Shown here one piece after another: positions 19,297 to 27,971 of a stretch of 64,000 nucleotides of DNA. The stretch spans positions 20,907 to 84,906 of the forward strand of contig JAQCBT010000013.1 in NCBI GenBank assembly GCA_027621405.1. The letters are read 5' to 3'. The number at the start of each line of letters is the position of its first letter. Within the stretch, counting starts at the first letter, position 1. The notes under the pieces are model-generated. The model was not told where the DNA came from. It did no database searches and saw nothing but the letters and a program-made list of their open reading frames with translations. Origin of the DNA: Pseudomonadota bacterium. GTDB taxonomy: Bacteria; Pseudomonadota; Gammaproteobacteria; Pseudomonadales; Pseudohongiellaceae. Made by a program: the position numbers and the translations under genes.

Positions 19297-19989
19297 TTAC
19301 CAGGCAATAGGCTGGCCATCGTAGTTGAAGAACTGCCCGGTGTTGGCCTGGCTCAGCTTATCGATTACACCGATCATGCCGCTGACGCTGGTCAGGGTAT
19401 CGATCAGGGCATTGGGGCCACCCATGTCGGTCTGCACCCAACCCGGGTGGAGAACGGCAACGCTGAATCCCTCGTCCCGCAGGTCCACAGACAGGCTGCG
19501 CACAACGGAGTTAAGTGCCGTCTTGGAGCTTCTATAGATGTAGCTGCCGCCACCGCTGTTGTCATCGATGGAACCCATCTTTGAGGTGATGTAGACCAGC
19601 TTCTTGTCGCTGCCCATGCGCAGGTTAGCGATGATGTCCTGGGTCAGTAACAGCGGTGCGATCGAATTCACGAATAGCACCTGCTCCCATTCTTTCGCGT
19701 CAACCTTGCCGAAGGAGGCATCCCGTGGGCCATAGACTCCCGCGTTGTTGATAAAGATGTCCACCGGTGTATCGGCCAATGCCGCGGCGAAGCTGGCCCG
19801 TGACTCCTCACTGCCCACATCCAATGCCATCAGGGTCACACTGTGGTTGGCTGCCGCGAGATCCGCCAGTTCGCCCTTGTCGTCCGGGTTGCGACAGGTA
19901 GCCAGCACCCTGTGGCCCCGGTCCAGGTACTGTTTGACAAATTCCAGGCCGATACCGCGGTTGCTGCCGGTGATGAGAACTGTGGACAT
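19297..19989 (-). CDS. short-chain dehydrogenase/reductase (SDR)
   Basis: TGSNRGIG glycine-rich NAD(P) motif, NNAG, and the catalytic YRSSK (YxxxK). Confidence 0.85.
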   Translation of the reverse strand: MSTVLITGSNRGIGLEFVKQYLDRGHRVLATCRNPDDKGELADLAAANHSVTLMALDVGSEESRASFAAALADTPVDIFINNAGVYGPRDASFGKVDAKEWEQVLFVNSIAPLLLTQDIIANLRMGSDKKLVYITSKMGSIDDNSGGGSYIYRSSKTALNSVVRSLSVDLRDEGFSVAVLHPGWVQTDMGGPNALIDTLTSVSGMIGVIDKLSQANTGQFFNYDGQPIAW

Positions 19990-20130
19990 GGTTTTCTCCT
20001 GAGAAGGTGCTGGCGGGAGGCGGATCAGAGAGCGGGTAATCTACACACACTGTCGGGCCGGGTCAAAGGCCTACTGTCGGAAAATGGCCTGCTGCGCGGT
20101 TCTGCTATACTGGCCACCGCTTTCGCCGCT

Positions 20131-22641
20131 ATGAAACCAGTTTTAAGAGAGAAGATGGGATTCCCCACGCAGAAGAAGTTGCTATGCCTGCTCGTTGCCT
20201 CGGTATTGAATCAGGGCGTATTGGGCCAGGATCCGGAAGAGATCGTGGTTGTAGGAGTAGTCCCTGCTGGCTCCAGCATCGAGCGAGACAAGATCCCCTA
20301 CCCCATCCAGACCGGCTCTGCCGACGATATCGAGAACCAGCAAGGCCTGTCGCTGGCCGACTTCCTGAAGCAGGGGTTCACCAGTGTGTCCTGGAACGAT
20401 GCCCAGAATAACCCCCTGCAGGCAGACCTGCAGTACCGGGGTTTCACCGCCTCCCCCCTGCTGGGCCTGGCCCAGGGCATGGCGGTGTACCAGAACGGCG
20501 TGCGTATCAATGAGCCACTGGGTGATACGGTGAACTGGGACCTGTTGCCGCAGTCCGCCATTAATGAAGTAAGACTGGGCGGCGGCGCCAACCCCCTTTA
20601 TGGCCTTAACAGCCTCGGCGGCTCCCTGGTCATCGACATGAAGAATGGCTTCAGTTTCCAGGGTACCAATGTCGAGATAAGCGCTGGCTCCTTTGGGCGT
20701 CGCATCACCAGCTTCGAAACCGGCAACAACGATGGCCAACTTGGCTACTACCTGAGTGTTGAACACTTCGATGAGGATGGCTGGCGTGACGAGTCCAGCT
20801 CCGATGCCCTGAACATCTATGGCAGCCTTGGCTTTCGATCCGAAGTCTCCGCAGTCAATCTCAACCTGCAACACGGCCGCTCAGATCTGATTGGCAATGG
20901 TGCCTCCCCTGTTGAGCTGCTCAACATCAGGCGCGAAGCGATATTCACCGGACCCGATATCACCGAGAACAACATGACCATGGTGAGTCTGGACTTCGCA
21001 CACAACATCACGCCTGGCATCAGTTTCAGTGGCAACCTGTTTTGGCGAGAGAACGATACCGACTCCTTCAACGGTGATGGCAGCGAGTTCGCTGTGTGTG
21101 AATTCACCGGGGGCGACGGCCTGATCGAGGGCGTGGAAGACGACGACCTGGAAGAACTGGGACTGGATGATGATGACCTGTGTGAAGGCCAGTTTGCCGA
21201 TGCTGATGCGCTGGAAGATTTCCTCAATGCCACAGCGATAGCCCTGGGTGAAGACGAGGAATTCCATATCGAGGGATTCGAAGACGATGATTTGTCCGGC
21301 ACTGGCGCTCTCTCCGACGATGCCATCAACAATATCAGCAACCGTGTGCAGCAGAGTGCAGGCGCTGACTTCCAGTGGACCTTCAGTGGGCGCTTCCTTG
21401 GCTATGCGGGACAGCTCGTTGCTGGTGGTGCCTATTTCCACGGTGAATCAGATTTCAATTCCGTGCTGGAGCTATCGAACATCGACCCCCTGACCCGCAT
21501 AACAACTGGTCTGGGTATCGGTACCTTCGTCGATGAAGCGGCGACGTCTATCAATACCGAAACCGAATCTTTCAGTGGCTACCTCACTGCCACTCTTGAT
21601 CTCTCAGAGTCTGTCGCATTCACGCTTTCCGCTCGCGCCAACGACACCTCGGTGGACCTGCGCGACCTGTCTGGCGAGAGGCCAGAATTGAACGGCAGCC
21701 ACAAGTTCTCGCGAATCAACCCTGCCATCGGGGTGACCTGGCAGGCAACAGAAAATCACAACCTGTTCGCCTCCTACAGTGAATCCAATCGCGCACCCAC
21801 ACCCATCGAGCTGGCCTGTAATGAAGGCGTCTTTGATCTGGCAGTGGAATACGCTATCGCCCGTGGCGATGACCCGAACGATGTGGAATTCGAATGTCGA
21901 CTCCCCAATGCGTTCCTCGCCGATCCACCGCTGGAGGATGTAGTCGCCAGGAGTTTCGAGTTAGGCGCACGAGGTTATCTGGGCAGCGATGGTGCACTGA
22001 GTGATATCGCCTACTCACTGGGCCTGTTCCAGACTACCAACGAGGACGACATCCTGTTCCAGACCACGGGTCGCTCCACGGGCCTGTTTGCCAATGTGGA
22101 TGAAACCCGACGCGCCGGAATCGAGGCAAGCCTGTCCGGACAGCTGCAAGAACTGGACTGGTTCCTGGCCTACAGTCATGTGTCCGCCACCTTCGAGGAC
22201 GACTTCGATGTGTTAAGCCCCAACCATGACTTCGCGAACGACGAAGGCGAAATCCGGGTGAGCAGCGGTGACCGCATTCCCGGAATACCCCAGGACCAGT
22301 TCAAGCTGGTCACCAACTACCAGTTCAACGATGGCTTCAGCGTAGGCCTCGACCTCATCAGCAACAGCGACCAATATCTCAGGGGTGACGAGTCTAACCA
22401 GCTTGCTACGGTGGATGGCTATACCCTGGTGAACCTGCGGGCCCGCTATCGCGTTACCGATAACTTCGAAGCCTTTGCCCTGGTGAACAATGTATTCGAC
22501 CGGGAGTTTGAGACCTTCGGCTTATTGGGTGAGGAGCCCAATGAAGTGGAAGTGCCTGTCATAGAGGACCTGAGCGTACCCATATTCCTGGGCGCAGCAC
22601 CACCCAGGGCAGGCTTACTCGGCCTGCGCTATCGGTTCTAG
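20131..22641 (+). CDS. TonB-dependent receptor
   Basis: The track ORF 19843..22641 has an implausible N-extension antisense to the SDR gene. ATG 20131 (or 20155) gives a signal peptide. Plug domain (EEIVVVG TonB-box-like, ...YRGF..., NGVRIN). C-terminal ...LRYRF. Confidence 0.85.
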   Translation: MKPVLREKMGFPTQKKLLCLLVASVLNQGVLGQDPEEIVVVGVVPAGSSIERDKIPYPIQTGSADDIENQQGLSLADFLKQGFTSVSWNDAQNNPLQADLQYRGFTASPLLGLAQGMAVYQNGVRINEPLGDTVNWDLLPQSAINEVRLGGGANPLYGLNSLGGSLVIDMKNGFSFQGTNVEISAGSFGRRITSFETGNNDGQLGYYLSVEHFDEDGWRDESSSDALNIYGSLGFRSEVSAVNLNLQHGRSDLIGNGASPVELLNIRREAIFTGPDITENNMTMVSLDFAHNITPGISFSGNLFWRENDTDSFNGDGSEFAVCEFTGGDGLIEGVEDDDLEELGLDDDDLCEGQFADADALEDFLNATAIALGEDEEFHIEGFEDDDLSGTGALSDDAINNISNRVQQSAGADFQWTFSGRFLGYAGQLVAGGAYFHGESDFNSVLELSNIDPLTRITTGLGIGTFVDEAATSINTETESFSGYLTATLDLSESVAFTLSARANDTSVDLRDLSGERPELNGSHKFSRINPAIGVTWQATENHNLFASYSESNRAPTPIELACNEGVFDLAVEYAIARGDDPNDVEFECRLPNAFLADPPLEDVVARSFELGARGYLGSDGALSDIAYSLGLFQTTNEDDILFQTTGRSTGLFANVDETRRAGIEASLSGQLQELDWFLAYSHVSATFEDDFDVLSPNHDFANDEGEIRVSSGDRIPGIPQDQFKLVTNYQFNDGFSVGLDLISNSDQYLRGDESNQLATVDGYTLVNLRARYRVTDNFEAFALVNNVFDREFETFGLLGEEPNEVEVPVIEDLSVPIFLGAAPPRAGLLGLRYRF

Positions 22642-22642
22642 A

Positions 22643-22663
22643 AGCCCCGTCGGCCGGGGCTTT
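22643..22663 (+). terminator. weak terminator hairpin after the TonB-dependent receptor
   Basis: AGCCCCG-tcggc-CGGGGCT followed by TT. The T-run is short. Confidence 0.45.
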
Positions 22664-22713
22664 CGAGCACTTCACTCAGCAAATGCTTCCGGCTACACCC
22701 TGCCGGTTCCGCC

Positions 22714-22731
22714 GCCTGAATACTGTATAAA
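22714..22731 (+). repeat. direct repeat copy 1 (GCCTG-A-ATACTGTATAAA)
   Basis: The 12-mer ATACTGTATAAA recurs at 25725-25736, and both copies are preceded by GCCTG. It sits at the GC-to-AT transition. Confidence 0.3.
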
Positions 22732-22815
22732 TGTATATGGGACCAGTAACCCATACTTTCTTGCCTTGCGCTCCCCTATTCTGCAATCCACGGAATACCC
22801 AAAAAGGAGCCAAAA

Positions 22816-22899
22816 ATGGAACAGGTGAAATTGAAACACTACAGCGCAAAAGCATTGATCTTGATAGTTATCCTTGGTACCTATATCGCCACACAATAA
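22816..22899 (+). CDS. candidate 27-aa hydrophobic peptide
   Basis: AAGGAG lies 6 nt before the ATG. The peptide is MEQVKLKHYSAKALILIVILGTYIATQ. It is too short for the ORF track, and I have no homology evidence. Confidence 0.3.
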   Translation: MEQVKLKHYSAKALILIVILGTYIATQ

Positions 22900-23253
22900 G
22901 AATAAGAACCCAGGAGGCGCGACCACGAGCGCGATTCCAGACCAGCACTTAGCACCGGAACGATCTCTGTTAGCCCCCTGCTACTTGAACCAGAGCCCGG
23001 AAACATCCTCTATTCAGCGAAATGAAAGAGACTGTGATCGTGACTTGGATTTCCTTCAGCCACAGAATTAACAGCAAGAGATATATGAGAATCCGATTCA
23101 GTCGGGCCGTTGTAACGGTTACATCAAGAATATGTGAGAGTCTGACTTTATAATGTTATGTCTCTGATTCACTTCTCTGCGATCCCTCTAGTTGCTTAAA
23201 GGAGAAAGACACCAAATGTACACCTACAGTAAAGTGCTTCGGCGATAATCGAT

Positions 23254-24006
23254 ATGCCAGATTGCCTGAATTGTCATAAATCTCTGAACGGCAACATGTA
23301 CTGTGGGCATTGTGGGCAGAAAAACATACGAAAAACCTTAGATATCATTGCTATCTTTGGAGACATCTGGTCGACGCTAACCGATGTAGATAATCGCTGG
23401 TATAAAACTTTCAGGGAAATGCTTTCAAGGCCAGGCTCAATGGTTGCCGAGTACATAGATGGCAAACGTATACGCTATGCAAGCCCTGTACAGTACTTTC
23501 TTGTATGCTCTGCTATCGCTGTAGCTCTTGGCAATCCGATTGATTCCGGGTTTCTGAGCGATGGGTGGGAACCCGATTCCCTTCTGGAATATTTGGTAAT
23601 TGATTTATTAGCTCTTGTGGAGTCTTATCCAGCCGGCTACGTGATGTTGCTAACTCCGCTTGCCGCAGTATCTGTAATGATCGTTTTTCCGAAAAGTAAA
23701 AGAAACTATACGGAGATATTAACTCTCACTGTTTACTTACTTAGCCAAGCTGCAATTTTACTCACTAGTCTAGTCTTGCTAGGCAATTCCTTAAATGCTT
23801 ATGTCTCTCAGACCTCTGAATCACTTGCCAGCTTCGCCTCCCTAATGCTACTGATTGGTCCCCTTCCATTCTATTTTGGCTGGGCATTCTCAGATTTTTT
23901 TGGTACTAGCCTGATACGAGGTTACTTTAGTGGCTTGCTCGTATTAACTGGATTTATTGTTTTACTGATCGCTGTATTAGCATCTTTGACTGCCATATTG
24001 AATTGA
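23254..24006 (+). CDS. zinc-ribbon membrane protein (DUF3667-like)
   Basis: N-terminal CLNC...CGHCGQKN zinc ribbon followed by about 5 TM helices. AT-rich by eye. It has no Shine-Dalgarno sequence of its own and is preceded by a 10-codon uORF. Confidence 0.65.
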   Translation: MPDCLNCHKSLNGNMYCGHCGQKNIRKTLDIIAIFGDIWSTLTDVDNRWYKTFREMLSRPGSMVAEYIDGKRIRYASPVQYFLVCSAIAVALGNPIDSGFLSDGWEPDSLLEYLVIDLLALVESYPAGYVMLLTPLAAVSVMIVFPKSKRNYTEILTLTVYLLSQAAILLTSLVLLGNSLNAYVSQTSESLASFASLMLLIGPLPFYFGWAFSDFFGTSLIRGYFSGLLVLTGFIVLLIAVLASLTAILN

Positions 24007-24182
24007 CATTTTCATTTTAAATATACTATTTGAGTCATGTGGGAGCTAACGAGACATAACAAAGTTTCAATGGGTCGGCCGCACTCCGTGCGGTGGGAAG
24101 ATGGCTTCGGCACTCTATCCGCCCACTGTACTCGCGCACGCGCCCGTTAGAACCGGCATTATGTGTACAATGAGGTTCAGAG

Positions 24183-24665
24183 ATGAGTAGCGGCACATTG
24201 ATTTTTTTCTGTGGGAAGATGGGCGCAGGAAAATCGACAAAATCCAAGAAAGTCGCTGCAGAAAGAAATGCTATTCTGATTTCCGAAGACGAATGGCTAG
24301 AAAAATTGTACCCAGGTGAAATTTCTACATTCGATGATTATCTGCATTACTCCAAAAGACTGAAATCATTACTGCAAAGCCATGTCGAGGGTATATTGAG
24401 GAAAGGTATAAATGTGGTCATGGACTTCTCTGCCAATAGCAAGAGGCAGAGAGATTGGTTCAAACAGATAATTACTAACGCCGGGTCTCCATATGAGTTT
24501 TACTATCTCAAAGTTAGCGATGAGTTATGTCTGAAGCACATTGCTCAACGACGAATTGAACAGCCCGAAAGAGCCATTTTCGATACCGAGGAAGTTTTTA
24601 ACAAGGTGAATGAGTACTTTGAAACACCTCAAGAATGTGAAGGCTTGGAAATTAGATACGGTTGA
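24183..24665 (+). CDS. small P-loop NTPase/kinase-like protein (AAA_33-like)
   Basis: Walker A GKMGAGKST near the N-terminus. 160 aa. GAGG Shine-Dalgarno sequence. AT-rich. Confidence 0.7.
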   Translation: MSSGTLIFFCGKMGAGKSTKSKKVAAERNAILISEDEWLEKLYPGEISTFDDYLHYSKRLKSLLQSHVEGILRKGINVVMDFSANSKRQRDWFKQIITNAGSPYEFYYLKVSDELCLKHIAQRRIEQPERAIFDTEEVFNKVNEYFETPQECEGLEIRYG

Positions 24666-24777
24666 AAGACACATAACAAGCGATGTGTCCGCGATAGATT
24701 CGTAAACACTGGCACAATTTATAAATGCCGAAACTCATCTCGCGGGGTAGACTAAGCCACAAAAATCGGGAGGCTAC

Positions 24778-25608
24778 ATGAACAAGAAAATCAATTGCAT
24801 CGCCCTGCTTTTCTCAATTCTCTATTCCATAACGGCCTGGTCACAGACCCCCTCTCTCTCACCCGGCGCCAAATATGTCTCCATGGGCAGCTCGTTTGCA
24901 GCCGGTAACGGCGTCGAAGAGCAACTGGGGACTTGCGGCCGCTCCACCAATAACTACTCAAGCATCGTGGCAGCGGCCCTGAACCTCGATCACACCGACG
25001 TCAGCTGCTCCGGTGCTACCACCGATCATATCCGCAATACCTCACAGGATGGCGCCCCGCTACAGATCGAGGCGGTCTCCCCAGACACCGCGCTGGTGAC
25101 GGTGACCATCGGCGGCAACGACATTCGCTATACTTCGTCTACATTCGCGTGTTCAGGTACTCCAGCTTCCGAGCGTTGCACGGCGAACCTGGATCAGGCG
25201 GCCATTAATAACGCCATAAACGAGTTGCCCGGTAAGCTGGGTGCCATGTTCGAAGAGATTCGGGCCAGGGCACCGAATGTGACTATCGTGCTGGTGACCT
25301 ATCCCCGCGTGTTTCCTGTCGATGCCGTTAGCTGCAGCGAGCTCAGCCTCAGTCAGGAGGACACCACCTATTTGTTGCAGATGGGCCAGGCCCTTGAAGA
25401 CATCTTCGTGAGTACTGCCGCCGATCACGGTGTACTGGTGGCCGACCCCTATGTACGGGCGGCGGGCCATGGCCCCTGCGCGCCCAATGCATCTGACCGC
25501 TGGATCAATGGCCAGACCATCCTGAGCTCCGGTATCCGCTACCACCCGACTGCCGAGGGTCATGCGGAGATGGCGCGTCTGGTGCTTGCCGCCCTTGGCA
25601 GGAGCTAG
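24778..25608 (+). CDS. SGNH/GDSL hydrolase family protein, exported
   Basis: Signal peptide. Block I MGSSFAAGNG, block III GGNDI, C-terminal ...YHPTAEGH (block V-like). GGGAGG Shine-Dalgarno sequence. By eye its GC is higher than that of the two upstream genes. Confidence 0.75.
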   Translation: MNKKINCIALLFSILYSITAWSQTPSLSPGAKYVSMGSSFAAGNGVEEQLGTCGRSTNNYSSIVAAALNLDHTDVSCSGATTDHIRNTSQDGAPLQIEAVSPDTALVTVTIGGNDIRYTSSTFACSGTPASERCTANLDQAAINNAINELPGKLGAMFEEIRARAPNVTIVLVTYPRVFPVDAVSCSELSLSQEDTTYLLQMGQALEDIFVSTAADHGVLVADPYVRAAGHGPCAPNASDRWINGQTILSSGIRYHPTAEGHAEMARLVLAALGRS

Positions 25609-25716
25609 GGGAGACGGCTTGAGCGTGCTGCAGAGAGACAGCACAGCTCTGGAGCCCGGGTGACCAGGGTATGCGGGACCTGCCTGACTAATGAGTGCTG
25701 TAAAGTGCCTTTTCAG

Positions 25717-25736
25717 GCCTGCCGATACTGTATAAA
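25717..25736 (+). repeat. direct repeat copy 2 (GCCTG-CCG-ATACTGTATAAA)
   Basis: See copy 1 at 22714-22731. Confidence 0.3.
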
Positions 25737-25847
25737 AGAACATGAGAATTCCCCACCTTTGTTGAGGGAACTGCTGTTCTTTTAGGCTTCAAAGTAAGGC
25801 AGAATAGATCTACGAAAAGTTCATTAGAAACTTTGAGATCACTAATA

Positions 25848-26015
25848 ATGAAAAATAAAGATCTGGTGTTCTACGCCGTTTCCACCGCCGCTCTCGGCCT
25901 CTTCATGCTCATGCCCCTCGCCAATGGCTTCACCATCGATGCCGATTTCCCTGGTGTGGCGTTCTGCATGGAATGGATCAAGGCTGGCGAGAATTTCGTG
26001 GTATCTGGCAACTAG
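25848..26015 (+). CDS. possible small membrane protein
   Basis: MKNKDLVFYAVSTAALGLFMLMPLANG... No clear Shine-Dalgarno sequence. AT-rich leader. Confidence 0.25.
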   Translation: MKNKDLVFYAVSTAALGLFMLMPLANGFTIDADFPGVAFCMEWIKAGENFVVSGN

Positions 26016-26046
26016 CGACTGAGTAGGGCACTGCATCCAGCGCAAA

Positions 26047-26487
26047 TCAGTTACCTGTAGGGTTACTACGGGGTGCTTCTACTCCCCCTATTCTCCTGAA
26101 ATCCCTGTCCCTCGCCTGCTGCAGGCCTTGTCGTGCAGCCGCCTCCAGATCCACTTCCAGATTGGGATAGCCCTGGGGACGGGGTAGTTCGATATACCGG
26201 TTCCTGTCTTCCAGATCGCAGATTCTCAAGCGCCCGGCCCTTGCGGTCGCCCCGCTGTCCCATATGGCTTCCACCCCGGGGATAATGACGCAGCCGTTGG
26301 CGTCCGGAGGTGGCAGTGCGTTCAGGTTGTAGGCGCGGGTAACTGGAGCCCGGCCGATGGGAGTAATGGAATTCACCGCCGTGATCAGGGCGCCACGTGG
26401 TTCGGAGTTATAGGTAACCCGAATGGCGCTGCTGGCGCAGGCCGTGAGCAGGCTGCAAACAATCACTAGCAAGAGTTGTGCTTTCAT
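26047..26487 (-). CDS. hypothetical lipoprotein
   Basis: MKAQLLLVIVCSLLTAC carries a lipobox (L-T-A-C). Confidence 0.6.
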   Translation of the reverse strand: MKAQLLLVIVCSLLTACASSAIRVTYNSEPRGALITAVNSITPIGRAPVTRAYNLNALPPPDANGCVIIPGVEAIWDSGATARAGRLRICDLEDRNRYIELPRPQGYPNLEVDLEAAARQGLQQARDRDFRRIGGVEAPRSNPTGN

Positions 26488-26517
26488 GGCGTTTCACCTG
26501 CCGGGTATTGGGCTCGA

Positions 26518-26811
26518 TCAGTCTGGCTGGTAATCCAATACGCTTTCGGAAACATACACCTCGGTGTTGCTGATCGCCTCTGCTCGCAGTGATGCCAGAG
26601 CAGTCAATTCAGGATCATCACGATAGGCCTGAAACGCTTCCCTGTCCGGGAAGCACAGGTGATGGACTTCCCTTTCTCCCTGCTCGGTGGCACTCGTGAA
26701 CGCGACCACCAATTCCCCGCCATGGCGCTTCAGGATTGCCATCGCTTGTGATTCAAACAGATTCAGTTTCACCCTGTCTATTACAGACAACACCGCGACG
26801 ACATGGAGCAT
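26518..26811 (-). CDS. DUF1330-like small protein
   Basis: 97 aa. Its size and the ...KRHGGELV...FPDREAFQAYRDDPE... pattern resemble DUF1330. It starts 3 nt after the glpQ stop. Confidence 0.55.
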   Translation of the reverse strand: MLHVVAVLSVIDRVKLNLFESQAMAILKRHGGELVVAFTSATEQGEREVHHLCFPDREAFQAYRDDPELTALASLRAEAISNTEVYVSESVLDYQPD

Positions 26812-26814
26812 GAT

Positions 26815-27834
26815 TCAGCGGCGCGAGTTCAGGAACTGTACTGCACGGTCAGGAAAGTCTGTGAACAAACCATCCACGTCTGCCTCGAAGTAATGCTGCT
26901 GCAGCATCTCCTCGAAGCTGTTGGCGTAGGCTGGTACTTGGCCGGGATCCACCCGATAGGTGTAGGGATGTACTTCCATGCCTGCCGCATGGGCACGCTG
27001 CACCAGCGGTGTGATCTTCAGATTATCCCGGGTGGATGAGCGTTCAATCACCAGGAAATGAGATGGGCCTATGCCATCGGCATGTTCAGCCACTTTCTCC
27101 ATGCCATCGGCTTCGAACATCCAAGGGTAGGCTTCGGGGTCTCCGATCAGCATGATCAGCTTTATATCCACTCCCAGTGCCGGGAAGATATCCTGCTTGA
27201 TGCGCACCAGTTCCTCGTATTCGAATGTTTGCAGGAACACCCTGTCCTGCTTCGTTGTATAGCCGTAGGCTTTCAACATCTCCACCACGGCCTGGCTGAT
27301 ATCCTTGCCTTCTTCCAGGTGGAAAGCCGGACCCTTGATCTCCGGATAGATGCCGATGTTCCTGCCTGTGGACTTGTTGAGGCCCTGGATCAGTTCTATT
27401 TCTTCCTGCAGGGTGGGGACACTGAAGGATGAGGTACCCATGGGGAAACGACCGGCGAATCCCTGTTCCTTCTCACCGTTACTCAGCACCCGATAGCCTT
27501 CGGTTGCCTTTAGCTGCCTGATCTCTTCCAGTGTGAAATCGATGGCGTAATAGCGGCCGTCATCCCGCGCCCGGTTTGGGAAGACTTCGTCCACGTTGGT
27601 GGTGCGATCCAGGGTGATGTCGTGCAGCACGATGAGCTGGTCATCGGCGGTCATCACCACATCCTGCTCGATGTAGTCCGCGCCCATGGCATAGGCCATG
27701 GCCTTGGCCTCAAGCGTGTGCTCCGGCAGGTAGCCGCTGGCGCCGCGGTGGGCTATGACGATTTTCTGGGCCATGGATTCGGATGCTACCAGTGTGGTGA
27801 GCAGCATGACTGCTGCGACGTTGAATAAGCGCAT
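26815..27834 (-). CDS. glpQ: periplasmic glycerophosphodiester phosphodiesterase
   Basis: Signal peptide. IAHRGASGYLPEHTLEAK and ADYIEQDVVMTADDQLIVLHD are GDPD catalytic motifs. Confidence 0.9.
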   Translation of the reverse strand: MRLFNVAAVMLLTTLVASESMAQKIVIAHRGASGYLPEHTLEAKAMAYAMGADYIEQDVVMTADDQLIVLHDITLDRTTNVDEVFPNRARDDGRYYAIDFTLEEIRQLKATEGYRVLSNGEKEQGFAGRFPMGTSSFSVPTLQEEIELIQGLNKSTGRNIGIYPEIKGPAFHLEEGKDISQAVVEMLKAYGYTTKQDRVFLQTFEYEELVRIKQDIFPALGVDIKLIMLIGDPEAYPWMFEADGMEKVAEHADGIGPSHFLVIERSSTRDNLKITPLVQRAHAAGMEVHPYTYRVDPGQVPAYANSFEEMLQQHYFEADVDGLFTDFPDRAVQFLNSRR

Positions 27835-27895
27835 AGTGTTGGTCCGTGAATGGCAGGTTGGTGGATCGACATTTGAAGCCTGAATCTTGCGGGGT

Positions 27896-27917
27896 AGATA
27901 TTACAGGGAGTTTACAG
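27896..27917 (-). promoter_or_regulatory. Pho-box-like direct repeat upstream of glpQ
   Basis: The minus strand reads CTGTAAA-ctcc-CTGTAAT-atct, two 7-nt repeats with 11-bp periodicity. It lies 62-83 nt upstream of the glpQ ATG. Confidence 0.4.
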
Positions 27918-27971
27918 GGAATTTTTCGAAGTTTCTCTCCGGGAGGTTAATAAAGGCAGAGTCCTGAATCC

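Noticed and set aside
20049-20080. The duplicated 8-mer ACTGTCGG, 24 bp apart, upstream of the TonB-dependent receptor, considered as a regulator site.
   Set aside because: An 8-mer repeat is too short to distinguish from chance without comparative data. It is mentioned only under the receptor finding.
19843-20130. The long N-terminal extension of the TonB-dependent receptor ORF (track start 19843).
   Set aside because: The extension is antisense to the well-supported SDR gene and has an Arg/Gly-rich composition that looks non-coding. Internal ATGs at 20131 and 20155 give a normal signal peptide.
22721-22740. I considered TACTGTATAAA at 22721, and again at 25726, as LexA (SOS) boxes.
   Set aside because: The second half-sites are ATAT and ACAT in place of ACAG, giving 6/8 and 7/8 of the CTGT-N8-ACAG core. 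Matches outside the core are poor. No SOS-type gene lies downstream.
22693-23071. Track ORFs of 65-77 aa in the AT-rich spacer after the TonB-dependent receptor.
   Set aside because: They lack ribosome-binding sites and overlap one another in different frames. Only the 27-codon ORF with AAGGAG looked worth flagging.
24007-24777. I asked whether the co-oriented small genes form an integron cassette array. Both intergenic spacers contain ACATAACAA (24054 and 24670), which resembles an inverse core site, and GTTAGAA occurs at 24146.
   Set aside because: The spacers share no other homology. The putative R'' and R' boxes do not pair (GCTAAC or ACATAAC against GTTAGAA). I could find no L''/L' boxes with the expected spacing. 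No intI gene is in the window. The GC-rich 24068-24150 segment folds only into short local hairpins such as CCGCAC-tcc-GTGCGG.
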